A stretch of DNA of 64,000 bases from Azolla caroliniana (GCA_043228905.1 JBHGNT010000003.1:12710001-12774000); one strand, 5' to 3'; numbered from the stretch's first letter, positions 1 through 13,199 are shown. Numbers and translations are program-made. Notes: generated from the letters alone by a model not told the origin.

Positions 1-3000
1 ACTGGTATCCGGTTCTGTGTCGTCCTTTACTTGTTCAAATGGGTTTCTTGGCATGGGTCCATTGTATGGTTTGAGTCGGAACCCATTGACCCATTGACCC
101 AGAACCTAGCTGGCAAGTGTCCCTAATTGGTAGGAACCGTTGAACTCACGCATAATCCAGTATGGTCCGGTCCACCGAAACCGTAGCTTTCCCGCATCTT
201 ACCCATCCGGGTCTGGAACACGAGTACCGGCTTACCGATTCCGAACATCTTTTCGTTCCCTTTTCGGTGACGATCCACGAACGCTTTCCTTCGCCGCTGC
301 TCTAGTTCTAGGTGCATGATGCTGACTAGCCGGTGTTCTTCCAATTCGCACAACGCGTTTAACCGGATAGCTTCCGATTCCTTCTCATTTAGGCGTTCCC
401 GAATCTGTATTTGTAAACTCGGTACCTGGAACTCTACCGGCATCACTACTTCCAATCCGAATGCTAGGCAAAACGGTGTTGTGCGGATACTTGTCTTATA
501 TGCCGTTCGGTAGGCCCAGAGTGCACTATGCAGCTTTGTATCCCAATCCGTCCGGTTCTCATTGACGATTTTTCGTAGGATAGTCTATAGTGTTTTATTT
601 GTGGACTCTGCTAATCCGTTGGCTTGCGGATAATAGGGAGTGCTCCATTTGTGCACCACCGCATAAAATGTCGTCAAACTTTCCACTACCTGCCCTAAGA
701 AGTGCCCACCTTGGTCACTTATGAGCTCTATCGGACATCCATACCAGCACTAGATGCATTCATATAAAATTTTTGCCGTGGATGCTGTGGTGTTGTCGCG
801 TAGTGCTTTCGCTTCCACCCATTTCATGCAATAATCCGAAGCGACAATCACGTACCGGTTGTTGGTTCTCATTGCTGGTGGTTTGAATGGACCGACAAAA
901 TCCCGGCCCCATTTTTGAAATGGTTCTAACGGTAGCACGGGCTAGTGAGGCATTCTTGTTTGTTCGGTTGGTTCGCCCATTCGTTGACATAGGTCACATT
1001 CTGTAGCGTACCAGACTCCATCCTTCAATGTTGTCGGCCACCATAGTCCACTCTGCCATATTTTCATTGCCATAGCGTCTTCGGCATAATGTCCTCCAGC
1101 CACGCCGCAGTGTGTTCACGTAATATTATTTCCTTTTCGTTGTTGCACATTGCATGCCGCCATATGCCATCTGCGCCTTTGTGGTACAGTGTCTCCTGTA
1201 ATAGGCAGAAGTGCCAGCTTTGAACCGCTAAGCGTTTCCTTTCATCTCTGTTCATCTCCTCTGCTCAGAAATTGGTGCATGTTGGTGAGCCACTTGTCTT
1301 CCTTTGCGACCGTACTATCCGATGCCGTTTCTGTTGTGACTCTAAACAGCTCTGCATCCGGAAAGTCGTCTGGGACGCCGTCAACGATTTTGCTAGAATC
1401 TAACCGGCTTAAATAGTCTGCTACCGCATGTCGTATGCCAGGTCGGTGGAATATCTCGAACTCGAATTCTTGTAATAGTAACGTCCACCGGGCTAGCTTA
1501 CCGGTGAGTGATGCTTTGGTCACCAAGTAGAGAAGTGCCGAATGATCTACGTGAAAGGAAAATTTCCTTCCCAACAGATAGTGTCTAAACTTGGTGACAC
1601 TGTAGATCATACCCAAAGCCTCCCTTTCCATTGTGGAATAATTACATTCCACTTGGGACAGCTTCCGGCTGGCATAATAGACTGGCTGGTACCAATTTGG
1701 TTCTGTAAGTTGCATCAGTGCGCTTTCGATTGTGATGTCGGACGCGTCAACGAACACATAGAACTCTTTAGACCAATCCGGAGGTTGCACCACTGGCGCT
1801 TGTGACAATAGAACTTTAAGTGCCCGGTAAGCCTGGTCTTATGTGTCCGTCCATCGGAACGATGTCCGATGTACCGCGGCATACAATGGTGTAGCCAGGT
1901 CTGCCAGATACCGGAGCATTCGGCTATGCCACCGAATTTGTCCTAAGAACTGGCTTAGTGCCTTTGCCGTGGCTAGTTTCAGTGCCTCTAGGATTGCTTT
2001 TACTTTGTTTGGATCCACTGCGATACTGTCCTTGCTCACTATGTGGCCCAATAACGCTCCGCTGGTTACTCCGAACATGCATTTTCTCGGGTTTAGGCTT
2101 AGTCGGTAAACCCTACATTTCTCTAGGCATAGTCGGAGGTGCTGAAGGTGACCCCTTCCTGGCTATAAACAACGAAGTCGTCCAAGAACACTTGCATGAA
2201 TGCCGGAATGAATTCTCCGAAAATCTCCATGATGATCTGCTGGAAGGTTGTCGGCGCCGTTTTCAGTCCGAACATCATCACTATGGCAACAAAGACTCCC
2301 CATTCGGTGACAAAAGCGGTTTTCTCTTGGTTGGCAGGGTGCATCCGGATCTGATTATAGTTGTTGAAACCGTCTAGAAAATTGTACATCTCATGACTGG
2401 CAACCGCATTCAGGAATCCATCCGTGAATGGAAGCGGGAAGGCGTCCGTTACCGTAGACGCATTCAATTTCCGGTAGTCGACGCACACTCTTATCTTACC
2501 GTTCTTTTTGGGTACTATGACTATCGGGCTGAGGCATGTGGCTTTCTTTACCGGTCGGATGAAGCCCACTCTTAGCAACCTGTCGATTTCTTCTTTGACT
2601 TTTGCTGCGTAATTCGGGTTCATTCGGTAACGTCGTTGCGCTACCGGTTTGGTGTCTTTACTCAGATGTATTTGGTGTTGATACAACTGAGGATCGAGTC
2701 CCCGCATGTCCTCGTAGGACCAGGCGAACACATCGCGAAATTCTTTTAGGAGTGTGATCATTGCCGTTTGGTTCTCCGGGGTCATTTCCTTCGCGATGTG
2801 CACCGGTCTTGTGTCCTCTGTGGTACCTAGGTTTACCTCTTCTAGTTGGGATGCTTTCACACGTCGCGAGACTACCATTTCTTTTTCCAGTGCCTCCTGT
2901 GCTTGCCGTAATTCCCGGATTGCTTCTTTATCTGGTTCCTCGTCAGTCCCGTCCGGTTGCAGTATGTACGGTGATACTGCTTCGGCTACATCAATCTCGA

Positions 3001-5800
3001 ACAGAGGTACGATCTTCAGATTTTCCTGCAAGTATTGATCGACCTCTTTGTCCGCCAATCCTTCCAGCATGTTGACACATTCCGCATATAGCGGCGTTGA
3101 TTCGTTGCTGGTACCGGATCGTGGTTGAGTCGGTACTCGTACTTCCGCTTTTCCACGCCGGAACGTAATTATATTCTTCCTCCAGTTTTTCTTGATGTGT
3201 GTTGTTTTTAACCAAGGGCATCCCAACAATAGTGGGTAAGCTCCCTGAGCCTGTAGCTGGAGAACTACTGCGGAAATGCGAAATGTGTGACCACCGATGG
3301 TCACTTCTAGATCACGTATTAATCCGGTCGGCCGTACTGAGCTTGTGTCCGCCATCCGAAGCCAAAACGGGTACGGTTCCCAGTCATGGATTCCTAGAGT
3401 GTTACACGTTCAGAGGCTGATCACGTTCACGCCGGATCCTCCATCGATAATCGTGCCCGGTAGCTCATTTCCCTTCAACGTTGGTTGTGATTGTCAGACT
3501 GCTCGTGTCCACCATTGTCGGTCCTTCCTCCGGATTTGAAAAGAATGCCGGAGCCGGTGGTGTGTCACCTGCCGTCCTTGTCTTCAGTTGTTCCGTGAAG
3601 CGTGGTACCAGTTGCAATAGCCGGCCTAACGGCAGCGTTATTTGGCATTCTTGTAATGCCTGCCATGTTGGGTTTTTGGGCTGCCCCGGGCCGGTGAACT
3701 CTTCGGCATTTTCCTTTTGTTGTTCGAGCTCTGCCGCATTCCGCTCATTTGCCTTCTTCACCCATTCGGTTACCTGCTTCCGGATGGCTTCTTGAGTTTC
3801 CCACTCCATGGCTTTGCCTTTTGATCTTGTCGTGACTTGTTGTATGTACGCATCTTCCGTGTCTACCATGTTCACCGCTGGTCGCTTGTCGTAGCTCTTC
3901 GCCGGACATTGATTACTATAGTGGCCTTCTTGCCGGCAATAATAGCAGTACGGCTTCCGGGTGTTGCTCGATTCTGTGTGTGTGCTTGGTGGAGGTCCTA
4001 TGGTAAGTGCTTGGTTTTGGTCCGGTTGGCTGCTTGGAGTGCCCTTTTCCAGTTCCCGTGGATGACCCCCCTTTTTGTTGAAATGACGTTTCATGAAATT
4101 CTTTTTGTTTCGGTAACCTTGAAGGTGTTGGTCATCATAGTTGCCATAGTTGTCCCGTCGGTGGTTGTAACCAGGGGAGTTATCCTGGTTGTATCTCTCG
4201 TACCGTCCATTATAGTCCCTGTATCTATCCTGTCTGTCATACCGGTCATAAGCGTCTCTTCGATCGTTGTACCAGACATCTTGTGCCGGTCGGTAGCGCT
4301 CCTCTTGACGCTAGCGTTCTTCTTCGTCCTCTTGGTTGCTTCGTGGTTCAATTTGCCGGACCGGTGGTGCTTGCCGATTTAACAAGTTATACTCACACCA
4401 TTCCATTGTGTGACTTCTGGAGTGGCAAAGCAAGCATTGGGAATGCATGGTGCATTCCAGCGCCGAATGTCCGGCATTCAGGCATGTCGTACATTAAATT
4501 GCTTGCCAGAAACGAAGGTCCTCTTCCGTTGGTAGTGCACACTGAAGTGCGCCCATGGTTAGCCATGAACTTGAGGTTTCCATTTCCCGAACTTGATCGA
4601 TCACTTGATCTATGCTGCTAGTGCGGAAATCAATAACGGTGCACACCGTACGTAAGGGTTCCCGGAGAACTTCTAAGAATATGGCCTTTGTTTCTTCCTC
4701 TGGTGGTGTTCGGCTGAGCTGACTGAGGATCCACGGGAACCGGATGACAAACTGTTGAATGTTCTCCGTTGCTTCCTACCGGATACTGTAAAATAAGCCT
4801 ACCATTTCCCGTTGGTCCATCTCCTTGTGAAAGAAATGCAAATTTTTGTCTTTAATGTTTCAAACGTGGGGTGGTGCTGGGATCTTGTGTTCGGTGCCAT
4901 CTGGCGGCCGGTCCCTCCAAGGTCATGCCGAACTCTGCCCTTTTTGAGCGTTCCTCTTCGGCTGCATTTAAGCATTGGGACACATGGTTCGCCTCCCAGG
5001 TCTGCTGAAACGCATGGACGTGGGCTTCCGCGTCTGGATCATCCCGGTATCTGGGATATTGGAACGACATATCGTCGTTTGGTGTCAGTACACGGGCTAG
5101 TGGTGTCGGTGGTCGTTCCTCCTCTTTTGGTGTCGGAGGTTTTTTCCCGGTCTTTTGTCACCGTCAGAGGTCTTTCTTGATCCTCTTTCAGTGTCGGAGG
5201 CTTCTCCTCCTCGACTGCCAGTGTCGGAGGCTTCTCCTCCTCGATTGCCGGTGTCGGAGGTCTCTCGTCCTCGACTTCCGGTACCGGAGGTTCTAGCCTT
5301 GTCAATTCTGGTTCCGGTGCCGGCAAGGTATCCGATTCCTCATCCTCTGGTCTGTCTAGGGTGTCGTTACTGCTGCGGTAGTTCGTCTGCGTGCTGTATT
5401 TCCCGTCCGAACCCGATTCAAATGCCGAAAATGCTTCGGATTCGCCTTCCCCCGCTGCCAATGCTTGGAGAAGGGATTCCGCTTCCCGGAGGCTGCTTAG
5501 GCTGCTTCCTTCGTCCGGGTAGGCGTTTTGTGGTAACCGAAGTGATTCCTTGGCCACTCTCTGGATCACATTGTAATTGAGCCTTTATATAGGTCACCGG
5601 TGCTGCATACAAAACGGTGCTGCATACAAAACGGTGCCAACCGGCACCTGTTTGGAACCGGTCCGGATCCGGATCGGCATATCGATTCCGGTTCGTCCGT
5701 TCACTCCATAATTATAATCTATTCTACTTAATTAAAATATATTCTGAATAACCATCCCTTTCACATTCTGGTCTTTAACTCCTTTGCCGGCCGGGTAACA
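1..5800 (-). mobile_element. Decayed Ty3/Gypsy non-chromovirus (Athila/Tat/Selgy-like) element; continues beyond the left window edge
   Basis: Minus-strand order: gag (5569-4380; MSFQYPRY), Zn knuckle CYYCRQEGHYSNQC (ORF 3465-4094), protease DGGSGVNV (~3420-3450), RT (ORF 2123-3355, VFLDD), RNase H (1242-1808, FVDAS/EREALG/VDH), integrase (123-1255, FQKWGRDFVGP). Many stops and frameshifts. Confidence 0.93.
5570..5800 (-). repeat. Partial 5' LTR (U3) of the element at 1-5800
   Basis: Minus strand begins TGTTACCCGG at 5800, next to Copia sequence. TATA-like CCTATATAAAGG at 5582-5593 and a 17-bp tandem (cggtgctgcatacaaaa) at ~5598-5637. No U5 or PBS recognisable. Confidence 0.6.
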
Positions 5801-6488
5801 ATAAACTCCTCATTGCATTTCTGTGAACATTCAACCACTGTTATTGTTTCATGTTGCATCACAAATGCACCATCTTTATCACAGTCTTCACTAGTTGAGG
5901 CATAATTATTTTGCTATCTCTTCCCTCTTTTTTCATCATTTTTCTTTTTGTAGCACTCAGCCTGTGTATGGCCTGGTTTTCCACAATACCAACAGCCATC
6001 ATCATTCAAATAAGTTTGCTTACCTCTTCCTCGATTGCTCCCCCTACCTCTGATGTTGTTTCTTCCACTTACAGTCTATTGTCCTCTTCCTTGATAACTA
6101 TTGTTGTTGGTTCTAGGTGAACCAAATCTTCCATGGCCTCTTCCTCGCCTCTTCCAGCACTATTGTAGAGGGCTTGCCTCTCAGTCTCAGAGTTCCCTTT
6201 GTTTGCATCATCCATCTGATTTCTTTCTTCCACTGCAAGCATTGAAACCAGATCTGGAAAATGTTGTCCATTTTAGGGTTAGGGTTAACATTTATGATAA
6301 TCATGATGATTGATGATAAAGATAGACATGGTGGGTGTGATGACGATGGAGAGTATGATGGTGAGAGAGATCATGAAGAGGTTGAGAATCATTGAGAAGC
6401 ATTGCGGGGTGGGGGATGGTGCCTAGAATGGCTCCACCCCCCTCCCAAGGGGGTTCAACGTTAAGGGGAGAGAGAGGAAGAGAGATGA

Positions 6489-6525
<37 letters not shown>

Positions 6526-7437
6526 GGTTATTTTTGTATTCATTCATTCCCCATAAAGGGTTAAATAGGTACAAAAGGGTAGATATACAAGGGTGCAAGC
6601 CCCTTGGGCATTCACACCTAGTCACTTACTCACACCTCTTTGTATCCACCACACTCACATACATATCAACGCATTACATTGTTCACCCTCACTTATCACA
6701 CTTATGAATCACATGTCCGTCTCGTACGGTAACACAAAACTTGGGATGCTATCCCTTGTGAGAATAGATGGTTTGAAGCTTTTATATTGAGGTCCTAAGC
6801 CTCTTAAGCATATTTCCACCTTATCATCATCTTCTACCTTCACATTGATAGAAGCAAGTGATTCACATATGCTCTTTATTTTCAGAGCATACTCATTTAC
6901 TGACATCTTACCTTTTTTTAAGGTATTTAGCTCAGTCTTCAACTGAAGCTTTCTAGCCTTTGTATTCAATGCAAACAATTTTACTAAATTGTCCCAAGCT
7001 TCTTTTGGAAGCATGGCATCCTGTATGTCTCCAAGCATCGAATCTGAGATGCTAAGTGACAACCAATGCAATACCTTTCTTGCCCCTTGGTTCCATTCCT
7101 TCATGTACTCCAGATGTTATACATCTATTTAGAATAAAGTTTCTTGTGTTTACCGCTTCTACCCAGTAATACAATGGCATATTCTTTTCAGTCATCATGG
7201 CTCTTGAAATGTTCACTAGATTTTTGTGTTTTCTCTTGGCAACTCCATTTTGTTGTGGAGCATATCTACATGTAAATTGTCTGCTTATTCCTTGATTACA
7301 TAGAAAATCAGAAAATTCATTTGAGAAGTACTCTCCTCCTCCATCAGATCTTAAGCATTTTATTCTAGTTCCAACCTGCATTTAAACTTACGGAAGCAAT
7401 CAAATACTTCACTTTTTTCTTCCATGAAGTAAACCCA
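5801..7437 (-). pseudogene. Ty1/Copia remnant (gag with Zn knuckle, plus an integrase fragment), split by a solo LTR
   Basis: GCWYCGKPGHTQAECYKK at ~5945-5998; Copia gag ORF 6709-7104 (EAWDNLVKLF...KLQLKTELN); integrase ORF 7052-7381 (IKCLRSDGGGEY, YAPQQNGVA). Confidence 0.85.
6262..6734 (-). mobile_element. Solo LTR, family A (473 bp)
   Basis: TG...CA termini; flanks gaaaa/caaaa (4 of 5 match); reverse-complement homolog of 45781-46259; interrupts Copia gag. Confidence 0.85.
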
Positions 7438-9372
7438 TGGGAAAGTATCTCGATGGATTTTATTGTTAGTTTACCTCATACACAGAGGGGTCATGATCTC
7501 ATTTGGGTTGTCGTTGACCGACTAACAAAACTGGCTAGATTTATTCCTACAAAAACCAAAGTAACCGCACAACAATTGGTTTATCAATTTGTTCATGAGT
7601 TTTTTATTTATTTATGGATTACCTATGGATATTGTTAGTGATCGATATTCCAAGTTTACTTGGGACTTTTGGACTCAGGTCTTTAAGAAGCTAGAAACTA
7701 CGTTGAGCATGAGTTCCGCAGATCATCCTCAGTTTGATGGACAAACTGAACGAGTTAATCAAATTATTGAGGACATGCTTTGAGCTTATGTAGCAAAAAC
7801 CCCTTTTAAGTGGGAGCAATACCTTCCTACCTTAGAATTTGCCTATAATAGCTCTAAACATACATCCACTAGATATAGTCCTTTTATGTTGATGTATGGT
7901 TTTCAGCCACGTGCCCTAGTTGATGTCACGAATTATCGTGATACATTAGACAGTACACACAATTTTTTACCATTATAGATAGAGTACGTTTTAGAATACC
8001 CACACATATTCTAAATGTATTAACCCTTTTGGAACTGTCATTTTTTCTAAGCCTAAATTTGTAAATAATTTAAAATTAATTTTCTAGGGGTTTTTTTAGT
8101 AGAGAAAAAGAAAATAATTATATAAATATTGAAACACCATTTATCCATGGGCAATAAAGATAATTGGTATTTACTATATAGTATTCAAATTCCAAGTATC
8201 TTTGCATTCAACATCAATGGTGTTCAAGTATTTGATGTATTCAACCTATTCAACAACCTATTCAACGTATTCAAAACGTATTAAAATGTACTCAATGTAT
8301 TCAATGTATTTTACCTTTAAATACGTATTCTAAGAACTTATAATTTTTTTTTAGAATACTTATAAAATACGTAGCATATGTATTGTATGCGTATGGTATG
8401 CTACGTATGTTACAACCATGTTTTTTACAAGACATGAACCAAATGTTGCATATTGCCAAAGAAAATGTTCAGACAACTCAAGATCATGCTCGATTTTATG
8501 TTGATCAGGATAGACGTCCTCGTACATTTACTATTGGTGAAAAAGCTTTTTTGCGTGTCCCTACTGACTCTACATCATTGCTCGTAGACAAGTGCGCTAA
8601 GTTAGCCCCACGATATTGTGGCCCATGAGTTGGGTCATCTGCTTATCACCTTGCCTTACCCCGTAAGGTTGGTATTCATCCTATTTTGCACATCCATCAC
8701 AATCCAGGATCTTGTAACATTAGAGGGGTTTTCTTACAAACCTCATGTTCCTGAACAAATTCTTGATTCTCGTACTAAACTTTTACATTATAGAGAGATT
8801 CGGCTATTCAAGATCAAATGGATGGATAAACCTATTGATGATGCCACGTGGGAACGCGAGCATACTCTTAAGGCACAATTTCCGCACTGTATATTGCAAG
8901 ACTGCAATCTTTGAAGTAGGGGAGTATGTTATGTACACATAACATAGGTGAGGGTAGCTCACTATTATTTACATAAGTGAAAGGTATGTTATGTAATGTT
9001 AAAAAGGGGACTAATGTGATTGGATAGAAGGAATGATAGGTGCATGCACTATCATGATTTGGACAACCAATGAATGGAGAGCCTTTTAGAAAGGCACATC
9101 TATTCAAGAAGCTTAGGAAAAGGTATAAATATGAGCCTTAGCTACCCTCGTAAGGAGGTTACGTCGTAAGGTTGATGTCCTAGACACCGATCGTGTTTAT
9201 CTCTTCCAAGGTATTAGTCATCATAATATACGGCGGTATGAGACGTTGGTGGTAGGTTGGCTATGTCTAGATCATAGCTCAGGGGTGGTCGTGTGGAACG
9301 GATTCTTCTATCCAATCTATTTTCCATCTTTTACTTTAGTTTGGTCTATTGATTAGAAATAGACTCTTAACA
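7432..9372 (+). mobile_element. 3' part of a chromoviral Ty3/Gypsy element: integrase, chromodomain, PPT and 3' LTR
   Basis: MDFIVSLP...VVVDRLTK and HPQFDGQTERVNQ; KLAPRYCGP (GPY/F); chromodomain-like PEQILDSR...KIKWMDKPIDDATWERE. PPT gaagtaggggag ~8913-8924; LTR TGTTA...TTAACA 8927-9372. Confidence 0.85.
7971..8420. mobile_element. 450-bp non-autonomous hAT-like/MITE insertion
   Basis: Perfect 8-bp duplication ttttttac at 7963-7970 and 8421-8428; ends CAT...ATG; AT-rich with internal tattcaa repeats; interrupts the integrase coding sequence. Confidence 0.7.
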
Positions 9373-9399
9373 CTTGAAACGTACATGAAATGGTCAAGA

Positions 9400-11520
9400 T
9401 TGCGACTTCCAATACATGAACTTATCCCTTAACTTACTAGACATCCATTCAATCAATTGACCATTTGTAACATTCACTTCCAATGGATACCAAAAGTGTC
9501 GAAAAATGGAGCCTTTCTTCACCATGGATCTTTGTCATCCTAAACATTCCAAATCCCTTTCATTACATGATATGAGACTAAACTTCCTCCAATTAATATG
9601 TAATCCGGAAGCCAATACAAATTGGTTCCATACAAGCATCCCCTTCTCAAGATTTTCTCGTGAGGCATATGTTGTATTTATTTTATGTATGTATGTGTTC
9701 ATATGTATGTATTGTATTCCATGTTTATTTATGTATGTATTATGTTGTATGTGTGGTATATCTTAGTTGTATGACATGTGTGTATGTATCTATGTGTTAT
9801 GTGTGTATATGTGTAGGGGCTCATGTCTATTTGCACCTAAATCATAGATATTCTTTTACTAATAAAGACTCAAGAGTTCATTATTTTGTTTGATAGCTAT
9901 TCTATATTTAAACTTCATGAAATTTCATCAACAATCATCATGAATACCCCATCACTACAAGAAGTTCCTTCAAATGCTCAATAACTTCTCACATCACAAC
10001 ATTATTTAACGAGGAAGAGATTAATATATGACTAATTCAATATGTGAAGCTTATCAAGCATATATGTGTTACATGGGTCAAGCCACATTTGACATACATA
10101 TCAATCACACTATTGGCAATACAACATCTCTTTCTAATACACCTTTTCCTTAGATTATATAGTTTGCAACAAACAAACACACCAACTTGCTATAATAATA
10201 AAATACCTACGGTTCAAATAATGTTTCAAATAAACAATAATTCATTAGATGAGACGAAAGTAATATATTACAACACATGCAAAGATTTATTTATCAATCT
10301 CCTTCCTTTACAACAAGTAGAAATGAGGTCCTTGCATTCTCCTAATGATGTAGCACCAAGAAAGATGAATACAATGTTGGGTGATAATAAAAAACCACAG
10401 ACATGGTTAGTGAAGATTAAAGTGGGTGGGATTCAATGAATAAACACCCACTTGGCTTTAGAAATGTTCCTAATAAATGTCAACCTCCAAATCCAAAAAG
10501 TCATGAAAGGAATGAAGACCATCCATACTTATAGAACAAAAGGCAATCATAGGAAAAAATGCATGCTTCGACCTCCGTTGATAGCTAGCCTCAAAACAAA
10601 TGTTAACCGTTTTGGGGGAGAAACACCTTCGATGAGCCCATAGGCTATCGGTATCAAGGGGTCGTGTTATGTGGGGGCCTCTTCTACACCGAGAAGACGT
10701 TATGGGAACGAGGAGCATACACGGTCTTCAACTCGGTAGACATAGACGTAGCTCGGTTTACGAGTACGGGGAGAATACATAGATGAAGGAACAGTAAGAG
10801 TGAGATTTATATTAAATGAGAAAGCTCACAGTGATTACAGTACACAACTCTCGACCAAAAACAGTTTTGTGTAGAGCTCCATGCTACAAGAAGACGTTAT
10901 GGGAACGAGGAGCATACACGGTCTTCAACCCGGTAGACGTAGACGTAGCTCGGTTTACGAGTACGGGGAGAATACATAGATGAAGGAACAGTAAGAGCGA
11001 GATTTATATTAAATGAGAAAGCTCACAGTGATTACAGTACACAACTCTCGGCCAGAAACAGTTTTGTGCAGAGCTCCATGCTACGATATTAATCCTACTA
11101 AATGATCTATGTATCTCTCCCTCTCGAGGTATGTAGGTCTCGGCTTATATAGTTTTCTTCTTTACACTGAGCCGAGCCATCGGCTGATTGTGACGGATCA
11201 AAACTCGACTCTTTTAGTTCTACCTATTTCCTCACCTACTTTTCTACCTACCGGCGAGTTTACATATTTTGTTTTTATATTTCTGGCCTATGCACAACAA
11301 CAAACTCATGGTATGAGAGACGATGGTGCATTCTTAGCATAACTGAACACCAAAATAAAAACTAGTTAGATGTGAAGCCTACTCTCAAGTATTGAGAGCT
11401 CCATATCCTTACATACAAAGTTATCATATAGAAAAGCGCTTAAGCACAACGAGTCTTTGATGAAGATATCCAATTAACTCAACATCTCCATCACCACACA
11501 TAGTACATGAATATTTGTTG
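9400..11520 (-). pseudogene. Probable highly decayed PLS-type pentatricopeptide repeat (PPR) pseudogene relic
   Basis: Minus-strand peptide ANSVIDMYVKCGL (10079-10117), preceded across a frameshift by LERDV; also HEKILRRGCL (9633-9662), HGEE and GNISKAKWVF. No long ORF; boundaries approximate. Confidence 0.45.
10601..11299 (-). mobile_element. Solo LTR, family B (699 bp), with an internal 197-bp tandem duplication
   Basis: TGTT...AACA termini; perfect 5-bp TSD acaaa (10596-10600 / 11300-11304); duplication 10692-10888 / 10889-11084; minus-strand CTATATAAG at ~11144-11152. Confidence 0.88.
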
Positions 11521-12828
11521 TTGTGCTCTCTTATAAATAGCCCATTATTTTTCTTCCATTTGAAATAATGAAAAGAAAACAAATATTTGAAGAAAAAACT
11601 TCAAACAAATGGGACAAAACTCCCATATTAGTTAAAAAGGAGTTTTAAGAGAAAAAATTTGGAATAAGCAAAATATCATCTCCCTCTATACTTTCCTTTC
11701 CAACCATTTCATTCTTATTTTTACATACTTCTCTTATAGAAAGAAAGACATAGATCATAAGCAAAACCCCTAGTCATAATAGTAAATTTTTTCGGCTTTT
11801 TGTTTCACTTTGACAATAACTAATCAAAAGTTAAGCCGCGCTAAGCTTTCTCCCACTTCAATGGCTTAACGATTTCCCATGTGAAGTCGGGGGTCATCAC
11901 GACCAAAGTGACCATATGTAGGGGTCTTCTGGTAATGTTTGTTTCTGACTCTACGAAGGTCGAGGTGGATAGCCATCATCTAAGGTCGAAAATCATTGGG
12001 ATTAGGGTTTCCCAAAGTAAAACAATTTCTCATCATTTCGTTTCAATTTCAAGAATAAAAAGGAAACACAATGAATACATTTTCCTAAACTATTATACAT
12101 TCCTTGACCAATATGCACAACCAAACTTGGTTTCTACTAAGCTCCTAAGAAGAATAGTGTTCAATCTTTTCTCATGACTTTATTTGCATGAAAAAGGACA
12201 AAACATGCCACAATGAGTGCAGAACAAGGCTCAACATCCACGAAAGTCACAAGAAGAATGCATACCGGGACAATGCAATGACGAGGAAGTCTTGTTGCTG
12301 TAACAATACTCTTCACAACTTGCCTCACAATGTAGCATTACTTGAATCAAACTTGGTATGGTCCTTCCTAGAGAAAGCACCACCATCATGAGCTCCCCAT
12401 GAGGCTTCTCAAGACCAGAAGAACTCTTCTTGCTTGTGAAATGACAATAGCAAATACAAAAATTAACATGGAAAAAAAGAACATGAGCTGGAATGCTACC
12501 AATGCATGTGTGCATGAATTCATACATGCATACATATAGACACATGACAAACACAACCATGCCTATGCAAATACACATGCACACATATGAATATGGTAAA
12601 AAATTGATATGGTACTAAACCAATAACCCTCGAAAAGTGGTTTGGATCCTAATGGCCACAAATTCTCGGCTTCTTGTATCTCATCCTACTTCTTCCTTCT
12701 CTTCTACAATAAGTGCACCACTACTACCCCCTCCCCCATCCCCAGCCAATGTTATTGCACCACTAGACACAAAGCCGACCTCCACCACCAATGATTACCT
12801 GGAACACCGATCCAAAAGCGCCAAAAAG

Positions 12829-12830
<2 letters not shown>

Positions 12831-12868
<38 letters not shown>
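12831..12868. repeat. (GA)n microsatellite
   Basis: Direct read. Confidence 0.95.
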
Positions 12869-12871
<3 letters not shown>

Positions 12872-13199
12872 TCATATGCAAGTGCTAAAGATTGAAGGAA
12901 GAATTAGCGGATCCCTCAAGGCAACCTCCATCCTCAGAAGCAGGGTGTTGCTTAGCACTCCAAGAGTCGCCGTTGCTTCTGTTGATGAAGGTGAAGACGG
13001 CCATAGATACAAGTAAACCTTGTCTCTCTCTATCTCGTTCCTCCTGTGGGAAAAAGGAAGAGAAGCAGTTAACAAAGATGAATCTCTCTCTCTCCCCCCC
13101 TTTCTTCTTTTCCCCCCCACTTTTTGCTAACAACACATATCTATCTAATCTCCCCCCTTTTCTTTCCCCATTTTTCAAACAATTAGTGTTTTAAAAATA

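Noticed and set aside
5631-5800. 152-bp mini-LTR (TGTT...AACA, 5649-5800) with a TGGCACC PBS
   Set aside because: The TATA box lies downstream of it and the tggcacc is part of a local tandem repeat, so the LTR extends further.
6271-6287. Interstitial telomere
   Set aside because: Only about two units, and they are part of the family A LTR (also at ~46233-46250).
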